The notes beneath the pieces are model-generated. The model did not search any database and was not told the DNA's origin. It saw nothing but the letters and a program-made list of their open reading frames with translations. The position numbers and the translations under genes were made by a program. A DNA stretch of 64,000 nt from Oikopleura dioica (lineage: Eukaryota; Animalia; Chordata): contig OU015567.1 of NCBI GenBank assembly GCA_907165135.1, positions 1,240,001 to 1,304,000 of the forward strand. Reading direction: 5' to 3'. This document shows, piece after piece, positions 56,525 through 64,000 of this stretch; the stretch's first letter is position 1; each line of letters begins with the position of its first letter.

Positions 56525-59369
56525 CTAAATTCGATGTTTGAATATTTGCTTTAGGTTGGCTGGGAAAATATGAGATTTTTCTTTGGATCTGCTGATGAAA
56601 TGAGTCATGGAAGGGGCTTGATTTTTGAACTGTTCAAAGGAAGAAAACCCGATAAGTTCATTTTATCACCTCTCAGTTAATTCAAAAATCTTCTAAAAAT
56701 AAACTCTTAATCCAGCTTTCTGTCGCCCGCAATACTTTATCGCATGCATTATCGTATGCATTATCTAATAAGCTTCTTCACCTCTTAGAAGCAGATAAGG
56801 TAGCAGAGCAGCTTCAAATAAGTTGAAAAATCTCGACCCAAAAATCAAGATTTGGTTAGTTCAAAATCTGCGAGAATGATCTAATCGTAAAAGCCAGGTT
56901 GATCTAACATCCCTCATGTCGACATTTACGGATTAGCTGGGAAAAGGATGTTTTGCGGCGCGAGGAAGGCTTTTATGTTTCCCGAAGATGACCTTTTCGC
57001 GGTTCGACTGATGAAGCCGGCCGATTAGACCTGTTGACGCTCCTCCTCTTGACTGCTCGTTTTTACACGTCAACCTACGGTAATTGATTCTTGGGATGAT
57101 CAAAACAAGGTTCATTTAAAAAACGATCTTGAGGCTCAGATTCACGGGCATTCTCTTTGAAAAAGACGAATTTCTTCAGATACACCCTAAATTTATTCGC
57201 TGTTTATCGAGGATGGAACTTCTTTGCCTTGTATTACAATAAAGTCAAGTCGTAGACCACCTATTCTAGGGTGAGGGACCCTTGATGAAGTGTCTTGGAC
57301 CGCGTACTTCAGAGATACGCGGCGCAACTAGGGCATTATCTCGAGTTAGAGTCTCCATAACCTCGTCGATTCAAGCACTCTTCGAGAGGTAGTCCAGTAA
57401 AAGTCACGTGTTATCTCGCTCTTAGATTCTTCATTTCAAAACACACCCCAAATGTTCTATTAATACCCGCCCTTTACGTCATACTTCAAGAGTTCTAGAG
57501 CCAGCCACGTCCAAAACTTACAACAAGAAATGGCTACAAGGAAATTCGAAAAAACCGTAATCTGATTGGCGTATAATTGAGACGCGCCTTTCAGAAATTT
57601 CAAGCGCTTGTCAGCTTTTTCCGACTCAATTTCATTCAAAAGAAAAGTGCTTTACATAATCGTTTTGTTCAGTAAAAAGCCCAAAATATTTTGATACTAG
57701 AAATCGAAATAAACAAAAACATGTCTCTGTTATACGAAACATGATTTTTGAGAAGCAACTATTTTTAATAAGAGAGCAAAATCCAATGTTGCAAGACCAT
57801 AGATCATACTGTTGTCGCCACAAACAGTAATCTTGATTTCAGAGAGCCCAATTAGCTCATTTCTAATCAAAACAGGTCTCAAATGCTAATTCGATTATCC
57901 CCTCATCGGATTTTTAAGGGTCTTTCTCCTTATTTTAACCCTTCTTTTTGGCCCTCCCGGAAGAACATCGTTGTAATTCTAAGTTGTCAAAACAGCGAAA
58001 ACGAAAATTGCACCAAAATTACCAAAAGCGGCGGTCGAAATTTACCAAAAGGAAAAATAACAATTTCAGGGAAGAGCGCTCTCATCGCTGACGAACGAGG
58101 AGAAAGAACCCTAAGCCTTTATGCGTGTAATAAAACAGCTCCTTCCTAATCGCGGAAAATCCAGCGCGAAAGCCGAGTAAAGCCAACACGTATAAGGTTG
58201 ACGAAGAAGTTAAGATGGAAGACCATGTTTTTTCGAGGAGGAGTTTTCGGATGTTATTCAACAATTTAACTTACTTCGATCTTGAAATCCCTGAACACTC
58301 GATTTTTCAATGAACCCAAAGAAAAAGTCCCGAGAAAATGATAAAAAAGAGCACTCGCAAAAAAACCAACGCGAGCGATAAGTAAGAGTCGTCAGATAGC
58401 AGCTCCGATAGCACCGTGCTCGCTCTCTAATCTTATTGAATTTAACCTTTCTAATTTCCTCCGCTGAATAAATCCCGTAGCATGCTGTCTAAAACGTTAG
58501 TTTTTCTGTCAACTTTGTTTTTCACGCTCTTTTTCGATCGAAAATTCGGCATCAGAAAAGCTCAAAAAGCAAAAAAAAAAAGAATTTGAAAAATTTTGAT
58601 TAAAAATCTCACTCTTTAAAAATTACCAAAATTGCCCGAAAATGTCTTTTTTTTTAAATCTAACAAATACAGCAAATTATGAGTCCATGTCCTTATTCTC
58701 CAAAGTCCCAGTTATTCCATCTCCGAGTCGCGTTTCCCGCATGTTTCCGTTTCGGATTTGCAAATTTGAAATTTCCCGAAAAATTCGCGCCCCGTTGAGA
58801 ATGAACACGTTAGTTGAATCATCCAGCCAAAAAGCGCAAAAAATCGGGAGCGTGTCGGACTTTAACACGCCGCTGACATCAGAATCAATGTCCGAAAGCG
58901 CGGAAATCTCGGCACGTGACGCCTTTAATTACCGTTTTGAAGGCGCAGCTGGGAGATATGAACATGCGCATGTTTATTGAGTTAAAACATAATGTTTAGA
59001 TGAGCCAATTAGCTAGAAAACCTATGGGAAGGGATGAACGCTCTGGGAAGAGAAGTTTACGGTTTTTACTTTTTGAAGTTGTTTTTGGCTCGAAAAAAAG
59101 CTTCAAATTCACCGAATTTTCCATTTAAAAAGGGATGATGTAATTTATCGACAAAAATGGGAAAATAGCTAGAAAAAATGCCATTTTTTGTCAGAAATTT
59201 CATTGGCGCACCAACCGGAAGCGTAAATATGATTGGCCTTTATTTTCCCCAAATTTTTAAATGTTTTTATCGCAATTTTTGTCAATTTTTGCCTCTCGAA
59301 ACCGCTTTTGATTGATTTTTTTTTGCTCTGTTATTTTTCTTAGATTCTCCTTTTTCCTCCTGAAATTCC

Positions 59370-62035
59370 CGTCTTATACACCAGCTCAGCGCCGATAAAC
59401 TTTTTCATAAAGAATTCGCGGTATTTTTTCTCCACGTCTGCCGTTTCGATTTTCAACCTCGCGAAAACCGCGGCGGAATATCTGCCTCAAATATCGGCTT
59501 TAGATATTTCCGCGCTGAGACGACCCTGTTTTGGGCGAAACAGATTTGCCAGTCATTATCATTTTCACGTGAACGTAAAAATACGAGAACTCGAAAAATA
59601 CGCAGAAAGTTGCGTTTCAATCCTTTTTTTTTTTACATGATTTTCAAAAGATATGGCCCTTTTTAGCCCTCTTGGAAGGAAAAGGTTAAAGGTTCAAGCA
59701 AAAACAACATAACAGCCATTAAACTCTAATGCATACTTCTCAATTCAACCTCTTTTGCTATGTCTCGTCCAAGTTCTTATCTGGAAATATCGCATTTAAC
59801 AAAAAGACAATACATTAACATAATATTCGGTCGGTTTATTTAACCGCGGCCCCGCTCGATAATTTCTCAAAAGATCATAAAGAAAATAATTATTTGAAAT
59901 TTGATTTTCCTCCCTCGAATCTCAAGCGTCGTAAGATTGGATTACTCATCATATTTTCGAATTTCCGGATGAAGAAATAGAAGCAGAAGAAGAGAAACCA
60001 AAATCCAAAACCTAATTCCGCGGTGAAATTCCAGGTTTGAGGAGCACTTGGTAAATTTATAAATATTTCATCCCAAAAAAGCTGCGGATTTTTACTTCCA
60101 AAGTACACGACTTTGAAATGAAAAAAAAAGAAAAAATAATTATTCAAGCCGAGAAATTTTGTTGAGCCCCGTTGTCCCGCTTTTTTGGCGTAAGTAAGGG
60201 GCCAAAGCCTTCTAAATGACAGATCAATCCGCTGCGCCCTGTCAAATTGAGTCACAATGAGTTTTATTTTCGAAGAAGAATTTTTGGATTTTTTTCTCAA
60301 AAAAATTGAGAATCGAAGAAAAATATCGATTTTTCAGGGCACGAAAGCCGCTTGCGGCTTTTTTTAAATAAAAAAAGATTTCGAAAATTCCATAAGCAAG
60401 CGGCTTTTACTCGAAAGTCATTTTTTTTCGGCCATTTTCCCAATTTTTTACCAAAAACTTTGTCTAAGATGCAAAAAAAGCCGCAAGCGGCTTTTGGTTC
60501 TTGGAATGACTCGTAATCGAAAAGCCGAGAGCGGCTTTTACTTTGTGTTTTTTTTTGACATCTTTTTATTTTTGAAAAATAATCCAGTTTTGCTTGAAAA
60601 AACGATAGCTGTCAAAATTCGCTGAAAATCAATTACCGCCTCTTCGAAAAAACAAGTCCACGAAACTGATCCAAACGTGTTGCCTCTGATCCTAAAACGA
60701 TGAGCAGGGTGTAACCTGGATCTTTGCAGGGCGTCTTTGGTAGCACGTTAGCTCCGTAAATCGCCGCCACCTGCAAGTGTCGCCACTTGACTCTCTTTCC
60801 GAAAAGCTTTCTTTTCATCCTTGTTCGAATAATAAAACTTCTGTCAAGAAACAAGACAGTGCACGAAATTCTTTTACTTGTCAAAGAAAGAATTTTTCAC
60901 TTTTCGAAAAATTCAACCCTTTTTTAAAGAACACGTGTCTTGGAATTTTACTTCTACTCAAACCTCGAGAATTCAAATTTTAGCTCTTAAAATACAGAAT
61001 TCTCTGAAACTGAGCAACAATTTTCGTTCGACCGAAGAAAAAAATTCGAAAAAGTGTTTGGATGTTCAAGTTTAAAAATTTTAAACAACGCGGCTTAAGT
61101 CCTGTCTGTGCCTAAACTCTGCCCTAAGACCAACGTCACAACAGAATCCACTTCTACCTTCCTAATCCCAGCCCTCTATCCCTTCCTTTCTCTTATTTTT
61201 GACAAAACAAAAGCTCAAAAAAAATTCTCAATTTATATTTCCCAAACTTTCTCAAAAGAAAAAAACAGAAAAGCCGCTGAACGGCTTTTTTCATTTCGAA
61301 GCCGCGAAGCGGCTTCGCCATTATTTTAATAAGAATGACATGATTATTTTTGGGAAGCGGCTATATTTTGGTTTTTGATCAATCTGAAAAATAAAAAGAG
61401 AACAGCTTAGAAATTTCTTCAATGAACCTGGGTAATAACTTGGCCATTTCTTCATTCATTTGTTTCTCAAGTGCCCACCGGCCGGAATTCTCGCTGTTTA
61501 AGGACCCGCAGGTTCCTGCAAGAGTTCTGAGAGCAGTATGATCTAAAGAGCGCGACTTGCGCAAATAGCAAGTTGATTTTGACAGTAATTGATCCTCAGA
61601 TACGTCACACCCGCCCTTCGATCCGTCAGATCGTATTAGTAGAGGGGATCAAATACACCTAATAATCGCTGGTTTTGAAGGTCAGAGATCCGGTTGATTC
61701 ACGTAAATAGAGAGGGGATATCCTTATTTCCAAAAATGAATGATGAAAAATTAAATTTTTTCTTTGAAAAAATACGAATCGAACAAATAGAAGCTGGGTA
61801 AAATCGAGATTTCTCCCTCAACGTAGCTTCAAAATTACTTCTCTCTGGGCCAGAACACGCTCAAAATGTCAATTCTACTCGACATTTACCTCCTGTGTGA
61901 CATTTCACATTAGCGCCCTACTCTCTATTCTCGCCCAAATTACAGTCAGATCCAGTAAAAGTCCCCTTAAAAATGTACTTACATCGCGCCACCTTGGACG
62001 ACTGAGGCGACAGTCAGATATTTGAAGAGCTTCAT
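59370..62035 (-). CDS. Putative multi-exon secreted protein gene, structure uncertain
   Basis: MKLFKYLTVASVVQG signal-like first exon with a GT donor; scattered open exon-like segments at about 61430-61600, 60640-60780, 60015-60110 and 59370-59490. Phases not fully reconciled. Confidence 0.3.
60340..60540. repeat. Cluster of AAGCCGCnnGCGGCTT palindromes
   Basis: AAGCCGCTTGCGGCTT, AAGCCGCAAGCGGCTT and AAGCCGAGAGCGGCTT within 200 bp. Confidence 0.55.
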
Positions 62036-62831
62036 TCTTTTGTTCTTAAGATTCTTCGGATCTTTCTGTCTCTAGAATTGGTCGATACAGTCTTCTTTGA
62101 CCCTTTGATGAGTGAAGTCTTCAGAGCGAGTTTCTCTGAGTCGCGCAAAAACGTAAAAACGGCTTTACAAAGATTGAGCGATTGAGTACCAAAATTGGAG
62201 CCCCACGGTAGTTCTAGCCGAGGAAGGTTGCGCGGCCACTAGCGCGCCACCTCGCGGGCGCTGAGCACCAAGAAACCAGGCGGGGCACCATTGTGGCACC
62301 TCTTTCGCCTCACGAGTGCAAGGCCCTTGGGCAGAATGGATCGAAACTCAGAGATCGGTAGTTGAACAAGTCAGAGTGCACGGGGACGCGCTGGCTCTAG
62401 AATTCGCCCGTAAGCAATTTCGTAAACAAGCGCATTGAATTTGAAGCACCAGTTGCGCGGAAGGACACTTCACGAAATGAAAAGTACTTTAGGCGATGAA
62501 TCATCGAATGAGCAGCAAATTTTTTTGATAAAAATTAATCATAAAATAAGAAATAAGGAAAGAAATAAAAAACAGAGTGCCGTTTCAGCCGCGAGGAGGA
62601 GTTTCCTTTGATCAAAGCGCGAATCGCATCCTCGTTTTCGCCTTGTTTTAAGAGTAAAACGTCGACCTTTTTTACACTTGGCGCATTTGTAACAAACGAT
62701 CAGAATTACTTTAATAATGTTTGAAGGACTCCCTGTTTTCAAGCCAACGCCTCTTTCTGTATTTGCATAAAGATCATGTAAATATTATGTAGACTCGTAT
62801 TATAATCTTCTTTATTTTGAAATACGAGAGA

Positions 62832-64000
62832 ATGGGTAAAGATCTTGCACATTACAGCTACATACAAGCTCTCAAAGGTAGCGATGAGGATGATCCTCAT
62901 CAAGTGCTCTGGTTAATGAAGGAGAATACTAAGGGTACGAGTTACCTTTAACGGGGGGATTCGTCAATATGGAAAATTCTCAAAATTGAAAATTATGACT
63001 ACATTTTTGAACTCCTCGTGAAAAACTTAGAATTTTTGGTCTCGTGTTTTTTTTATTGGTTCACTTAAAACACGACAAAAATCAAGTTAAACTTTTGAAT
63101 AGAGCCAACGGGGGAATTTTTTGAAAAGGCTGATATTTCCCCAAATAACTCTCATAACTAATTTTTGCCTACAAATCATTGTTCTTTGATGGTTTCTGAA
63201 TCATATTAATTCAAAAACTTCTAGTCTTTTCGAGTTTTTAGGAAATTTCGGTCAAAAATGAGTAGAATTTTGATTTTTTGCAGAAATCGCAAATGAACAA
63301 GGAACTTTTGTTTTTGAAAAAGTGACATTTTATTTTTTGTCGCCGATTTTTCAGGGGTCCAATCTGTCAATTGATATCATTTGGTAATCGAAAAAAAATT
63401 TGGTTTTCGAAATTTGTGTTTGCAAGACACCCCTTCTTCAACTCTAATTTTTGAGAAATTTTACAAATAAATTTTTTGTTTCTTTTTGCCGATGACTTCT
63501 TCCAACCCTTTTCTTTTTAATCAGAAGATTTATTTTTTCAATTCCATCAGGGTTTCCCGCTTTTTTGTTTTTCCGTAGCCCGAATATTGACGACCCCCCT
63601 CTTAAGATTTTTTCCTCAAAAATTGATAAATTATACTTTTTCTCAGGCAAAAACTTCGTCGTAATGAAGGCTGGTATAGAAAATATATCTAAAATGAACG
63701 AGTTCTTATTGATGAAGAAATTAGAACATCAAAATATTGTAAAAGTCTACGAAATGGTTCAGTTTCCATTTAATTCATACTTCTATTACGGATTTACGAT
63801 GCAATGGGGCGATCAAGGAACATTGGCAGATTTTATAAGATTACAGGCAACATCAGTTTGGTTATGGATCGAAAGAGATGCGTTCAAATTAATTTCTCAA
63901 CTCGTCTATGGAATGTCTTTTATTCATCAGCAAAAACTTATTCACAACGATATTCGACCGAAAAATATTTTCATTAGTGGAATTGGCAATCAACTTTTGA
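62832..64000 (+). CDS. Divergent Ser/Thr protein kinase, truncated by the window end
   Basis: Exon 62832-62934, intron, then FVVMK (beta3 Lys), E helix C, LEHQNIVKVYE, QLVYGMSFIHQQKLIHNDIRPKNIFI. Confidence 0.85.
62952..63601. mobile_element. Kolobok-like non-autonomous element in kinase intron 1
   Basis: TTAA|CGGGGGGATTCGTCAATA ... TATTGACGACCCCCCTC|TTAA. Confidence 0.72.

Noticed and set aside
57240-57450. Moderately GC-rich stretch with a small hairpin and TGATGA, possible ncRNA
   Set aside because: No D box or terminal stem and no recognisable snRNA, RNase P or MRP motifs.
58642-58980. Overlapping ORFs on both strands
   Set aside because: No motif or consistent splice context lets me choose a strand; it may be an exon of the uncertain minus-strand gene.
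62225-62275. CC-ACCTCGC-GG resembling the P3/L3 loop of an HDV-like ribozyme
   Set aside because: It forms a simple hairpin; no nested P1/P2 pseudoknot could be assembled.

Overview
This is eukaryotic, AT-rich, gene-dense DNA with very short introns (about 35-50 nt), some probable GC-AG/GA-AG introns and probable trans-splice acceptors just upstream of start codons. That profile is most consistent with the larvacean tunicate Oikopleura (inferred from gene architecture, not from a database search). Recognisable genes are: taxilin (-), a USP4/11/15-type deubiquitinase (+) with a complexin-like gene nested antisense in one intron, a CYP4-clan P450 (+), a degenerate Cdc42 paralogue (-), an SLC16/MCT transporter (+), a neuronal calcium sensor (+), a secreted PLA2-fold protein (-), a laccase-type multicopper oxidase (+) with a hAT element inserted in a coding exon, a sigma-like GST (+) and a partial protein kinase (+). 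There are also several orphan secreted or membrane-protein genes and an isolated decayed Cav2 channel fragment. Introns and intergenic DNA carry many non-autonomous DNA transposons (hAT-like with 8-bp TSD, Kolobok-like with TTAA TSD, MULE-like with 9-bp TSD, Tc1/mariner-like with TA TSD, foldback hairpins). The strongest leads are the nested complexin, the exonic hAT whose target-site duplication supplies in-frame GT/AG splice sites, and the Cdc42 copy with a mutated G3/switch II and a nonsense codon. All exon models were derived by hand and need RNA-seq confirmation.
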